A stretch of DNA of 64,000 nt from a bacterium (GCA_021108295.1 JAIORF010000102.1:7260-71259), one strand, 5' to 3'. Counted from the first letter of the stretch, positions 28,176 through 37,686 are shown. A program made the numbers and translations. Notes: generated by a model from the letters alone, not told the origin.

Positions 28176-28862
28176 TTACTCCTTACTGTAGCTAATCTTT
28201 ACACCTGCGCCCATTGTAGGAGCAAGATGAAGACTATTTAGTAGTTGAGAAGAACTCTTGTTTAATACCTCTTCTAGGGTAGTAATACAAGTATGTACAT
28301 TCTCCATTAGGTCTTCTGTAGACATATCTAACTTACCTGCGTTCATATGTATAACTCCACCCTCATCACAAACAAAAGTCTGTTTACCCTGCTTATACTC
28401 CTTAATCGCACTAGCAATATCTTCAGTTACTGTACCACTCTTAGGATTAGGCATAAGGCCCTTAGGACCTAATTCTCTACCAAGTGCTGCTATTGAAGCC
28501 ATGACTGTAGGAGTTGCTATTGCAACATCAAAGTCTGTCTTTCCGGCCTTAATATCTTTTGTTAGCTTATCTAGGCCTACAATATCTGCTCCAGCCTTCT
28601 TAGCAATATCTTCCATATCTGGAGAACAAAAGACTGCAATCTTTACATTACTAGTACCACTAGAGTGGGGTAGTGTGTATGCACCTTTAATGGATTTAGG
28701 ATCCCTATCCTTTGGTACTTTGATATCAGCATGTACTTCTAGTGTACCTACAAAGTTAGAGTAAGAGAGCTTCTTTACCTGTTCAATAGCCTCTTTAAGG
28801 TCGAGTATGACATTATTGTCATATCCTTTTATACTCTTATTATATCGTTTCCCTCTTTTCAT
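28176..28862 (-). CDS. rplA: 50S ribosomal protein L1
   Basis: LGPKGLMPNPKSGTV, TMGAGV. Confidence 0.97.
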   Translation of the reverse strand: MKRGKRYNKSIKGYDNNVILDLKEAIEQVKKLSYSNFVGTLEVHADIKVPKDRDPKSIKGAYTLPHSSGTSNVKIAVFCSPDMEDIAKKAGADIVGLDKLTKDIKAGKTDFDVAIATPTVMASIAALGRELGPKGLMPNPKSGTVTEDIASAIKEYKQGKQTFVCDEGGVIHMNAGKLDMSTEDLMENVHTCITTLEEVLNKSSSQLLNSLHLAPTMGAGVKISYSKE

Positions 28863-28880
28863 AGTTAGTATATATACAAA

Positions 28881-29306
28881 TTAAAGTTCAACTGTTACAC
28901 CCATCTGTTTTGCAGTACCTGCTACAATTTTAGCAGCTACCTCTGGGTCTGTAGTATTTAAATCAGGCATCTTAATCTTAACAATATCAAGGACTTGCTT
29001 CTTTGTAAGAGTACCAACTTTAGTTAGATTAGGAGTTGCCGAGCCCTTCTTAATATCTAGTGCTCTTCTAATCAATTCTGATGTAGGAGGAGTTTTAAGT
29101 ATGAAATCGAATGATCTATCATCGTAGATTGTGAGGATTACAGGGGTTAATATCCTGTCGTCTTCTCTAGTCTTCTCATTAAATTGAGTACAGAAGTCTT
29201 GTCCATTTATACCGTAAGGAGCAAGTGTAGGACCTATTGGAGGAGCCATTGTTGCACCACCTGCAGGAATTGTAATCTTAAGTTGTGCTTTTATTGGTTT
29301 TGCCAT
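28881..29306 (-). CDS. rplK: 50S ribosomal protein L11
   Basis: APPIGPTL, SFDFILKTPP, KMPDLN. Confidence 0.97.
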   Translation of the reverse strand: MAKPIKAQLKITIPAGGATMAPPIGPTLAPYGINGQDFCTQFNEKTREDDRILTPVILTIYDDRSFDFILKTPPTSELIRRALDIKKGSATPNLTKVGTLTKKQVLDIVKIKMPDLNTTDPEVAAKIVAGTAKQMGVTVEL

Positions 29307-29324
29307 TTTTTGAGTTTAATAATA

Positions 29325-29885
29325 TTAAAGTTTAGTGACCTGTGAAAAATCAAGTTCAACAGGAGCTTCTCTACCTAGGAAAGAAATGAGGACTTTTATC
29401 TTACCCTTAGTAGAATCAATCTCTTGTACACTACCGATGAAGTCTGCAAATGCACCTTCAGTAATCTTTACGGCTTCCCCTATACTAAATGAGGTCTTGA
29501 ATGAAGGTTGTTCGACTTCCATATATTGCATAATGGCTTTAACTTCACTCTCAGGTAGTGGTCTTGGCTTTTTGTCTGTTCTTACAAAGCCTCTTACACC
29601 TTCAATGCTGTTGAGTATCTCCCATGTGAGTTCACTTAGTTCTGCTTTAACTAAGATGTATCCTGGGAATATCTTGTCTTCAACTACATTCTGTTTCCCT
29701 TTTTTAACAACGATTTTCTTTTGTACAGGGATTAAGATCTCTACAATCTGTTTTTCTAAACCAGAGGCTTCTATTTTCTGTTGTAATTCCTTTTTGATAG
29801 CATTTTCATACCCAGTTCGTATGTTGAGTACATACCATTTGGCTTTAGGGTTTGTTATTTTCTTTTTCTTTGTTGTTTTTGGCAT
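29325..29885 (-). CDS. nusG: Transcription factor NusG
   Basis: WYVL..GYE, IFPGYILV, KOW motif GAFADFIG. Confidence 0.96.
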   Translation of the reverse strand: MPKTTKKKKITNPKAKWYVLNIRTGYENAIKKELQQKIEASGLEKQIVEILIPVQKKIVVKKGKQNVVEDKIFPGYILVKAELSELTWEILNSIEGVRGFVRTDKKPRPLPESEVKAIMQYMEVEQPSFKTSFSIGEAVKITEGAFADFIGSVQEIDSTKGKIKVLISFLGREAPVELDFSQVTKL

Positions 29886-29887
29886 TT

Positions 29888-30064
29888 TTAGAATATATTT
29901 ATAGTAAGATACCAGTCTCGAATCTTAAAAAAGATTAGGTCTAAGCCTGTTGCAAAGAGGGCTATTATAGCACAAAGAATTGTAGTATATATTGTCAGTT
30001 TAATCAATTCAAGGCCTGTTGGCCACTTTGTCATTTTTAATTCACTAATTATTCCTTTTATCAT
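29888..30064 (-). CDS. secE: Preprotein translocase SecE
   Basis: ELKMTKWPT plus one TM; ATG at 30064 lies just after tRNA-Trp. Confidence 0.88.
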   Translation of the reverse strand: MIKGIISELKMTKWPTGLELIKLTIYTTILCAIIALFATGLDLIFFKIRDWYLTINIF

Positions 30065-30076
30065 ATTTTTGTTTTC

Positions 30077-30152
30077 TGGCAGGCCCACTCTGATTTGAAC
30101 AGAGAACTATGGTTTTGGAGACCACTGTTTTACCAGTTGAAACTATGGGCCC
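30077..30152 (-). tRNA. tRNA-Trp(CCA)
   Basis: Cloverleaf; anticodon loop ctCCAaa; CCA end encoded. Confidence 0.93.
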
Positions 30153-30184
30153 TTAGCGGTTTCAACGTAATTTAAAAAGAGCGT

Positions 30185-30349
30185 TTACTTTATCTTTGTC
30201 TCCTTATGTAAAGTATGTTTTTGACATTTCTTACAGTATTTGTTTTGTTCAATTTTTTCTTTAATATTCCTAGTTTTGTATGTAGTGTAATTCCTGTTTT
30301 TACATTCACTGCATTGTAGAACTATAATATTTCTTTTTGCCTTTGCCAT
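30185..30349 (-). CDS. rpmG: 50S ribosomal protein L33 (zinc-binding type)
   Basis: Manual translation: [43 protein letters not shown] (54 aa). Confidence 0.93.
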   Translation of the reverse strand: MAKAKRNIIVLQCSECKNRNYTTYKTRNIKEKIEQNKYCKKCQKHTLHKETKIK

Positions 30350-30395
30350 TTGTTTCTGGGTTTCAATTTATGATGGTGGGAAATATACTGAGGGT

Positions 30396-30424
30396 ATTAT
30401 ATATTGAAAAGTAGGGGAGGTCAA
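30396..30424 (-). promoter_or_regulatory. sigma70 promoter for rpmG-trnW-secE-nusG
   Basis: TTGACC-17-TATAAT. Confidence 0.75.
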
Positions 30425-30440
30425 ATATTGAGTGTAGGTA

Positions 30441-30531
30441 GGAAAGAAAAAGAACACCCTAAATATTTGTTGACCGAAGTCAAAAATACCTCTGTATAAG
30501 AGGGGGTGTTCTGTTCTTTTCATAGGGGGGG
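30441..30531 (-). terminator. Cassette 4 structured trailer/terminator
   Basis: AGAACACCC/GGGTGTTCT stem, GAC-UUCG-GUC hairpin, U tract. Confidence 0.75.
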
Positions 30532-30642
30532 TTAGTAGTTGAAGTTCTCTAGGACGAGAATCCACACTGCGGTAAGGCCTAGTACGATAAGGAGCAATGC
30601 AGTAGCGGTGAAGCGAAAAGAATCTTTTTTATTCTTACTCAT
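30532..30642 (-). CDS. Cassette 4 second cargo: 36-aa single-TM peptide
   Basis: Manual translation MSKNKKDSFRFTATALLLIVLGLTAVWILVLENFNY; start overlaps the end of the upstream ORF (ATGAGTAA). Confidence 0.6.
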   Translation of the reverse strand: MSKNKKDSFRFTATALLLIVLGLTAVWILVLENFNY

Positions 30643-30835
30643 CTTCTACTCTCTCCTCTTCTGCCTTCTTGAACAGTATTGCTAATGCTATCAGTTCCGT
30701 TATAAAGGCCAAAGCCCAGACGGGAAACGTGGCTTCTAAGAAGAACATTATGACTATTTGTATCAAGACAATTAGCCACAGTAAGTAATAAATGTTCAAT
30801 TCCTTTATAGAGTCTTTCACTTTTTCCTTTAACAT
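30635..30835 (-). CDS. Cassette 4 first cargo: 66-aa two-TM protein
   Basis: AGGAG then ATG 30835; two hydrophobic segments. Confidence 0.72.
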   Translation of the reverse strand: MLKEKVKDSIKELNIYYLLWLIVLIQIVIMFFLEATFPVWALAFITELIALAILFKKAEEERVEDE

Positions 30836-30854
30836 TTTGTTCTCCTATTTATAT

Positions 30855-31138
30855 TTTTATTATAACCATACTATTAAACTTCAATATACTTAAAATCTAA
30901 TATATGGTTATAACTATTCTAATAAGGAGTAACCTTTTCCCATATGAAAACTTGTATAAATATGGATATAAATATCACATAATACAAGAATATTTTAAAG
31001 AACTAGTTTCTTATAAAAGAAACATAAAAAAGATAAAGAAATCTCTCTATATGAAGCTTTTATAGGTGTTTTGGGATATATTAAGGTGCAGTATTAACTA
31101 TCTACTATATTATACTATAGGGTGAAGGTTGGTGTCAA
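30855..31138 (-). repeat. Cassette 4 promoter plus leader (slightly diverged copy)
   Basis: TTGACA-18-TATAAT; same leader with a few substitutions and indels. Confidence 0.9.
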
Positions 31139-31149
31139 TCTGCATATAT

Positions 31150-31226
31150 TGGAGCTGGATCTGAGAATCGAACTCAGGACCTCATTCTTACCATGAATGC
31201 GCTCTAGCCATCTGAGCTAATCCAGC
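31150..31226 (-). tRNA. tRNA-Thr(GGU)
   Basis: Anticodon arm cattc-atGGTaa-gaatg; CCA end. Confidence 0.93.
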
Positions 31227-31270
31227 TAATATGGTGATTATACAATAAAAGAATTCCTTTTTGGAAATAT

Positions 31271-31855
31271 CTAATCTTTTAGGTTGTTTGTCTTCTTAAA
31301 AAATATATACCAAAGAGGCAAAGAAAGTACAAGTAACCCTAACGAATATGCAGGTGCATACTGTGTAGAATATTCTCCAACTCTTGTAAGGAAGTAGTTT
31401 ATTAAATTATATGATGCTGTAGGGATAGCAATAACACCAACTATGCTATATATCATTAAGGAAATAAAGGTATAACCTTTATCTATCCATTCTATGGCAT
31501 CTTTCTTCTTTATCCTTTTAATACCAACCCTATGAAGTATGAAAAGAAGTGACATAGATATGAATATTGATAAGCTATTAACTAATCCATTCTGTCTTGT
31601 AGTTTCATTCCAGCAATATTCGTTACCCTCTATCTCTATAACCTCTCCATTGTCATAACATTTTTCCTCATTAAAGTCTTCCATATATTGAATATCATTT
31701 ACTTGGTGAAGAGAGTAAGAAAAGTGTAGTGGGGCAATGTATGAGGCCCCTGTTTGTATTAGGTATGCTCCTGAAAAGAGGATGGAAACTAAAGTTATTA
31801 AACACATCAGGTGTAAGTATGTCTGGAGTAAGGCTTTGACTGTAATCTTTTTCAT
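31271..31855 (-). CDS. Four-TM membrane protein (DUF5671-like)
   Basis: Two internally similar two-TM units; lies between tRNA genes. Confidence 0.6.
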   Translation of the reverse strand: MKKITVKALLQTYLHLMCLITLVSILFSGAYLIQTGASYIAPLHFSYSLHQVNDIQYMEDFNEEKCYDNGEVIEIEGNEYCWNETTRQNGLVNSLSIFISMSLLFILHRVGIKRIKKKDAIEWIDKGYTFISLMIYSIVGVIAIPTASYNLINYFLTRVGEYSTQYAPAYSLGLLVLSLPLWYIFFKKTNNLKD

Positions 31856-31887
31856 AAATATTTTTTAATAATTTAAGATCAAAGAAA

Positions 31888-31973
31888 TGGTGCAGAGGAC
31901 TGGATTTGAACCAGTGTATCCCGAAGGAGTCGGTTTTACAGACCGATGCGATTGACCACTCCGCCACCTCTGC
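31888..31973 (-). tRNA. tRNA-Tyr(GUA)
   Basis: Anticodon loop ctGTAaa; long variable arm; CCA end. Confidence 0.93.
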
Positions 31974-31976
31974 ACA

Positions 31977-32053
31977 TGGAGCCGAAGAAGAGATTCGAAC
32001 TCTTGACCTATTGTTTACAAAACAATTGCTCTGACCAACTGAGCTACTTCGGC
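31977..32053 (-). tRNA. tRNA-Thr(UGU)
   Basis: Anticodon loop ttTGTaa; CCA end. Confidence 0.93.
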
Positions 32054-32110
32054 GTAGTCGTAAGTCTATTATATCAATGAATTGAAAGTCAAGAAAGGGG
32101 TGTTAGAAAA

Positions 32111-32247
32111 TGTCCTGCTAGGAGAGGAGTCATAGAGCTCATACAGAATAAGTGGGTTTCCTCAACTTAACTCCAAAGAGCTAAGCGATATTTGGAATCC
32201 CGAGCTCTGGTTACAGAGCTATGAAACCTCTGATTCCCATCAGGACA
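32111..32247 (-). ncRNA. Rod-shaped ncRNA, candidate short 6S RNA
   Basis: Ends pair (UGUCCUG/CAGGACA) with nested stems; own promoter TTGCCC-17-TAAAAT at 32280-32252. Confidence 0.55.
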
Positions 32248-32294
32248 CTATATTTTATCGTAAATAGAGATGGGGGGCAACATATAACAATATG

Positions 32295-32909
32295 TTATAA
32301 GAAACCAAGAAGAGTTAAGAAAAAGTCCAAGGTCGACCCAATAAATGAAGAAATGAATGTAGATAAAGGGGAAAACGGCAATATAAACAGAAGAATAAGA
32401 ACCCAAGAATAACTCTCCAGCTTCTCCCAATAGTATGAGAGCCCTTTTGGAAGCAATCCATTTACAATTTTGTGTCCATCAAGTGGAGGAACAGGAATCA
32501 TATTAAAAATTGCTAAGGAAAGGTTTATAGTCGCAAATATAAATAGAAAATAACTTATAAGATACCAGTCGGGTAGAATCTGATATAGTATCGCAGTTAA
32601 TATAGCCACTACAAGGTTTGAAACTGGTCCAGCAAGAGCTGTGAGAGCCGTATCCTGTCTTCTACGCTCGAAATTATACTCATTGATAGGTATAGGTTTA
32701 CTCCATCCAAACCTAAAGATAACCATCATAAGGGCACCAATAGGATCTATATGTGCTAAAGGATTGAGAGTTAACCTGCCACTTGCCTTAGCAGTAGGAT
32801 CTCCCAATTTGAATGCACACCATGCATGGAAATACTCATGAATAGTAGAGGCAACCACTATAGATGGTACTGCCAGAGCTATCCATAATATAAAATCTTC
32901 TGTGAACAT
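32295..32909 (-). CDS. Site-2 (M50) intramembrane protease
   Basis: HEYFHA, GRLTLNPLAHIDP, AGPVSN, FNMIPVPPLDG. Confidence 0.92.
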   Translation of the reverse strand: MFTEDFILWIALAVPSIVVASTIHEYFHAWCAFKLGDPTAKASGRLTLNPLAHIDPIGALMMVIFRFGWSKPIPINEYNFERRRQDTALTALAGPVSNLVVAILTAILYQILPDWYLISYFLFIFATINLSLAIFNMIPVPPLDGHKIVNGLLPKGLSYYWEKLESYSWVLILLFILPFSPLSTFISSFIGSTLDFFLTLLGFL

Positions 32910-32987
32910 AAAACATATCTTGCTAAAACTGATACTTTTTGATAATATCATCTTGCGCCTAATCATTCAATTAAAAGAATAAAAAGT

Positions 32988-33206
32988 ATGTCAAAAGTAT
33001 GTTACATTTGTAAAAAATCTACAATTGCAGGAAAAAGAGTTCAGCATAAGCATGCTGGAGGTTGGAGATTTAAAGCACCAAAAACTAATAGGGTATTTAA
33101 GCCAAATCTTAAGAAAGTCTCTCTAGAAGTAGATGGAAAGCAGAGAAGAGTTTCTATATGTATGAAGTGTTACAAGAGACTCAGAAAAGAAACCTCCGAG
33201 AAATAG
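32988..33206 (+). CDS. rpmB: 50S ribosomal protein L28
   Basis: MSKVCYIC..TNRVFKPNL..ICMKC. Confidence 0.9.
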   Translation: MSKVCYICKKSTIAGKRVQHKHAGGWRFKAPKTNRVFKPNLKKVSLEVDGKQRRVSICMKCYKRLRKETSEK

Positions 33207-33309
33207 TATAGTATCTGTGATCAATTATTTTGTTGTGGGGTATATTTTAACCTCGAAATATTCTGTGCTACATGCTATTATACAAAACAATAACTTCTGT
33301 GAATGAAAA

Positions 33310-34365
33310 ATGAAACCATTTAATTCAGTATGGAATCTATTTACCTATGATTTAGGTATAGATTTAGGTACTGTTAATACAATAGTATACTTGAGGGGAC
33401 ACGGTATTGTGATATCCGAGCCTTCTGTAGTTGCTATCAACAAACGAACCAAGAAGATTCTAGCTGTGGGTAATGAAGCACGTAAGATGATAGGTAGGAC
33501 ACCTGCCAATATTGTTGCTATCCGACCATTAAAGCATGGTGTAATTTCTGACTTTGATACTACTCAAGCTATGATTCACCACTTCATACACAAGACGCAT
33601 CGAGGTTTTAAGAATAATTGGAAGGTACCAAGACCACGAGTCATTGTCGGTGTACCATCTTCTGTAACTGAAGTTGAAAGACAGGCTGTGATAGATGCTT
33701 CTAAGACTGCAGGAGCTAGAGAGGTTTTTCTTGTAGAAGAAGCTATGGCAGCAGCAATTGGGGCAAGTTTGCCGATAGAAGATGCCTCTGGAAGCATGAT
33801 TATCGATATTGGTGGTGGAACTACAGATATTGCTGTGTTGTCTCTTGGAGATGTAGTGGTGGATAATACGATAAGGGTAGCAGGGGATGAGATGAACCAA
33901 GACATCATTGATTATGTAAAAGAGAAGTACAACATACTGATTGGTGAAAGAACTGCAGAGGATGTGAAGATCGCTATTGGTTCTGCAATACCTCTTAGTG
34001 ACGAGAAAGAAGTCATATTACAAGGTAGAGATTTAGTAACTGGTCTTCCTAAGTCTGTACAGGTAAGTAGTGTAGAGATAAGGGAGGCAATAATGGCATC
34101 CATAATGGTTATCACAGAGGCTGTAAAGGAAGCTATAGAAGATACCCCCCCAGAGCTAATTAGAGACTTACTTTCTGCTGGTTTACACCTTGCAGGAGGT
34201 GGAGCATTGATAAAAGGGTTGGATAGGTACTGGTCTCATGAATTAAATGTCCCTGTACATATTGTAGACGACCCTATCTCTGCTGTAGCTAGAGGCACTG
34301 CACAGATGCTAGACCATATAGATCTTCTTGATAGGGTTCAATCTTCGTGGAAAGAATTAGTTTAG
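33310..34365 (+). CDS. mreB: Rod shape-determining protein MreB
   Basis: GIDLGTVNT, DIGGGTTD; heads mreBCD-pbp2. Confidence 0.95.
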   Translation: MKPFNSVWNLFTYDLGIDLGTVNTIVYLRGHGIVISEPSVVAINKRTKKILAVGNEARKMIGRTPANIVAIRPLKHGVISDFDTTQAMIHHFIHKTHRGFKNNWKVPRPRVIVGVPSSVTEVERQAVIDASKTAGAREVFLVEEAMAAAIGASLPIEDASGSMIIDIGGGTTDIAVLSLGDVVVDNTIRVAGDEMNQDIIDYVKEKYNILIGERTAEDVKIAIGSAIPLSDEKEVILQGRDLVTGLPKSVQVSSVEIREAIMASIMVITEAVKEAIEDTPPELIRDLLSAGLHLAGGGALIKGLDRYWSHELNVPVHIVDDPISAVARGTAQMLDHIDLLDRVQSSWKELV

Positions 34366-34377
34366 TGGTTTAAAAAG

Positions 34378-35202
34378 GTGGTTTTAGAGAGTAATAATAA
34401 AAAAGATGGGAATTGGTTACCAATTCTTACAACATTCACCATATCTGTCATTCTCATCATACTCTGTAATATAGGATGGCTTAATTGGGTAAAACCAGCA
34501 CTCTCATACGTATTTGATCCGATATATACCGTATCCTCCAATGGAGCTACTCAAGTTAGTGGGTATGTAAGTACTCTTACCAATATCTCAGAGTTCAGGA
34601 ATGAATACAATCAGATGAAAATACAAATAGCTCAGTATAAGGTTGATATTGCAGATTACCGTAGTATTAAGAAGGAAAATGATGATTTAAAAATTCAATT
34701 GGAGTTACAAAACAAAGAATACAGGTATGTACACAGCAAAGTACTTGACCATATAGAGATAGATTACATGGTAATTAATACTGGACTACAAGATGGTATC
34801 ACTAATGGAGATATTGTAGTTTTTGGAGACACTTTTCTAGGGATTGTAATTGAGTGTAATCAGTATACTTCTATAGTAAGACTCCCAATATCCAAATCGA
34901 GTTTCTTAGAGGTATATATAATCTCCTCTGATGATAGTGATGGTCGTAACATCTTGAGTAGGGCAGTAGTAAATGGATCCTCAGATGGTATTAAAATTGA
35001 AAATATTGGGATGAATAGTGGAGTAGAGAACGGTGACGTTGTAATAGTGAATGATAGTAAGGTAAAGGACAACCTTGTACTTGGTCACATAGTAGGTCTC
35101 TCAAAAGACCCAGCTACAACTACACGTACAGGATATGTTTCTCCCACTATTGATTTCTATGATTTACTTAATGTTTTTGTAAGACTAAAAGATGTTGATT
35201 AG
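34378..35202 (+). CDS. mreC: Rod shape-determining protein MreC
   Basis: TM, coiled coil (ENDDLK), INTGLQDGI..GD; synteny. Confidence 0.85.
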   Translation: MVLESNNKKDGNWLPILTTFTISVILIILCNIGWLNWVKPALSYVFDPIYTVSSNGATQVSGYVSTLTNISEFRNEYNQMKIQIAQYKVDIADYRSIKKENDDLKIQLELQNKEYRYVHSKVLDHIEIDYMVINTGLQDGITNGDIVVFGDTFLGIVIECNQYTSIVRLPISKSSFLEVYIISSDDSDGRNILSRAVVNGSSDGIKIENIGMNSGVENGDVVIVNDSKVKDNLVLGHIVGLSKDPATTTRTGYVSPTIDFYDLLNVFVRLKDVD

Positions 35203-35680
35203 TATATTGGTGATAACAATGGGAATAATCCTATGCATAGCACTAGAGAGTTTTCTTTCTACACTCTTTTCTTTCTCTGTGATAATCATTGTTGCACTAA
35301 TATTGGTGGAGAAATGGGATACTTCGAAGTGGATAGTAGTGATATCACTAAGCTCGATTTTTGTGGATGTAATCCTGCATAGATGTTTAGGTATTACCCT
35401 TTTAAGTATATCCTTGAGTATATTGGTTCTTAATATTCTCTTCCTTGTAATGCCCAAAAAACAACTCATACTTTCATATATCCCATACTTCTTTGCATTA
35501 CTTCTCTTTTACATCATAATTCAAATATTCTCCCCACTACTTCTTGATGGGATATTGGGATATTTCAGTCTTGAAATATTTATACAGTCTGTGATTAAGT
35601 CTTTAGTTTCTACACTTTTAATCTTTTTAATCAATATTCTGACAGATAGGATCAGGACTGAGAAGATAATATCAATATGA
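35192..35680 (+). CDS. mreD: MreD-like membrane protein
   Basis: Multi-TM protein between mreC and pbp2. Confidence 0.6.
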   Translation: MLISILVITMGIILCIALESFLSTLFSFSVIIIVALILVEKWDTSKWIVVISLSSIFVDVILHRCLGITLLSISLSILVLNILFLVMPKKQLILSYIPYFFALLLFYIIIQIFSPLLLDGILGYFSLEIFIQSVIKSLVSTLLIFLINILTDRIRTEKIISI

Positions 35681-37686
35681 GTAAAAACCTAGAGTTTGAT
35701 AAAAAGTTATCTAAAAAGAGCTCCAAGAAGCCAAGAGTATCTAGGATTGATATACCCAAAATGAGTGGGAAGGAGCAATTAGCTAAGATCTGGCATAGTG
35801 CGGGTGAACAAGATATCTCTGCTTGGAATTTCCTCTACGTTTTTGTGTTCTTTGCATTCCTTTTTTCTGTTCTGTTCGTATCTCTTGTAAATTTACAGAT
35901 TGTACAAGGAGAAGAGATGGCAAAAAGGTCGGAATACAACAGTATTAGGATAACGACAGTACCTTCTTACAGAGGTGTGATATTTGATAAGAATGGGGAG
36001 AAGCTTGTTGAGAATGTCCCTGCCATAAGTGCATACATTAATATAGATGTTTTCCTTAATCAGAGATTGGAGATTGATGAGGAAAAATTGCACAATGTAT
36101 CCGATATTTTAGAAGAGATTCTGGGGGATAAATGGTTGATGGTATTGGAGGAAGACGAACACTACGCCTCAATCTATGAGAAAATCTATACAATATATTC
36201 TTCAGACCCATACTTATCCAATATCTTGTTAGCAAGGGATATTGGTAACGATATGTCTATCAATATTAAGTCCAGAGGAGAGGAGTTGCCGGGTGTAATA
36301 TTGGAAGATGAGAGTAAAAGGAATTACATACATTCTCAGTACTTCTCTCATATCTTAGGGTATGTGGGAGAGGCTTCTACTAGTGATATTGGAAATAACG
36401 AATATATTTCCCAAAATGATACAGTAGGGAAGTTAGGTATAGAACAGTACTACAATGAACTTCTTGCTGGTACGAATGGGAAGCGAGCTACAGAGGTAAA
36501 TGCTCTAGGTCATTCGATAACGGGTTCATCATACACAATAGAGCAGGAACTCTCTGGGGAGAGTCTGTACTTAACCTTAGATATTGATGTACAGGAGCAG
36601 CTCTACAAGATACTAACTACCTCTGTAGCGAAAAGTGGAGCTAAGGGTGCATCCATTGTTGTTGAAGATGTAAATAATGGAGAGATATTGAGTATGGTCT
36701 CTTACCCTGGTTACGATACAAACAAATTTATCGGAGGAATATCTCAAAAGGATTACCAAGCTTTGTTGGAGGATAAAAGGGTCCCTTTGCTTAATCGCTC
36801 TGTAGCAGCACAAGTACCACCAGGATCGACCTTTAAGACTCTTGTAGCAGCAGGTGCGCTTGATGCCAAAGCTATCACTACATCTACAATATATGTTAGT
36901 AGACAGGGATATACCTTTAGTAGTGGAGCACCATTCCAAGAGTATGCAAATCATTCATACGGATCGCTCAACATTGTTCAAGCCATTGCAAAATCTTCCA
37001 ATATTTTCTTCTGCGAAACCATTCGTAATTGGGATATGGACGAACTTGTTCCTTACCTTAGCGCTTTCGGTATTGGTGAATATACGGGAATCGATATACC
37101 TGGAGAGATGCCAGGGAGATTACCATCTCCTGAGAACAAAATATATCTTGCAGAACATGGTAGTCCATGGTTGGACGCTATTTGGTATCCAGAAGGGGAC
37201 TCCTGTAACTCTGTCATAGGGCAGGGCATTACCCTAGTCACACCAATCCAGATGGTAAATTGGATGGCTGCAATTGCCAATGGGGGGACTTTGTATAGGC
37301 CACATATTGCCCAAAAGAGTATAGATGAAGATGGGAATATAACGGAGATAGTGTACGAACCTCTAGGGACGGATATTGTATCGAAAGAGGCACTAGATGT
37401 GGTCAAGGAGGGTATGTGGTCAACAGTACATAGCAATATGGGTAGTTCTGGCACACTGAGGAGTCTTGGGCAAGAAGTAGCTATTAAAACGGGTACTGCA
37501 GAGTTTGGAGCACTCAATGCGAAGGGGGAATATGAACATACCCATGCTTGGATAGCAGGTTTCTACCCATATGACGACCCTAAGTATTCCTTTGTCATAT
37601 TCCTTGAAGATGGAGGTTTGAGTTTTGATTCTCTACCATACATTAAGGAAGTGCTACATTGGTTAATTGAAAGCGAGTACTACTAG
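35677..37686 (+). CDS. mrdA: Penicillin-binding protein 2 (class B)
   Basis: RGVIFDKNG, PGSTFK (SxxK), SSN, KTGTAE. Confidence 0.93.
   Translation: MSKNLEFDKKLSKKSSKKPRVSRIDIPKMSGKEQLAKIWHSAGEQDISAWNFLYVFVFFAFLFSVLFVSLVNLQIVQGEEMAKRSEYNSIRITTVPSYRGVIFDKNGEKLVENVPAISAYINIDVFLNQRLEIDEEKLHNVSDILEEILGDKWLMVLEEDEHYASIYEKIYTIYSSDPYLSNILLARDIGNDMSINIKSRGEELPGVILEDESKRNYIHSQYFSHILGYVGEASTSDIGNNEYISQNDTVGKLGIEQYYNELLAGTNGKRATEVNALGHSITGSSYTIEQELSGESLYLTLDIDVQEQLYKILTTSVAKSGAKGASIVVEDVNNGEILSMVSYPGYDTNKFIGGISQKDYQALLEDKRVPLLNRSVAAQVPPGSTFKTLVAAGALDAKAITTSTIYVSRQGYTFSSGAPFQEYANHSYGSLNIVQAIAKSSNIFFCETIRNWDMDELVPYLSAFGIGEYTGIDIPGEMPGRLPSPENKIYLAEHGSPWLDAIWYPEGDSCNSVIGQGITLVTPIQMVNWMAAIANGGTLYRPHIAQKSIDEDGNITEIVYEPLGTDIVSKEALDVVKEGMWSTVHSNMGSSGTLRSLGQEVAIKTGTAEFGALNAKGEYEHTHAWIAGFYPYDDPKYSFVIFLEDGGLSFDSLPYIKEVLHWLIESEYY

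Noticed and set aside
22830-29904. Long plus-strand ORFs such as 22830-23351, 28258-28764 and 29335-29904
   Set aside because: They are antisense shadows of well-supported minus-strand genes.
31695-31967. 90-aa ORF, and the 110-aa ORF at 5756-6088
   Set aside because: These overlap tRNA genes and are shadow ORFs.
32221-32430. Short ORFs at 32221-32412 and 32248-32430
   Set aside because: They overlap the site-2 protease gene and the ncRNA promoter, with no coding signals.
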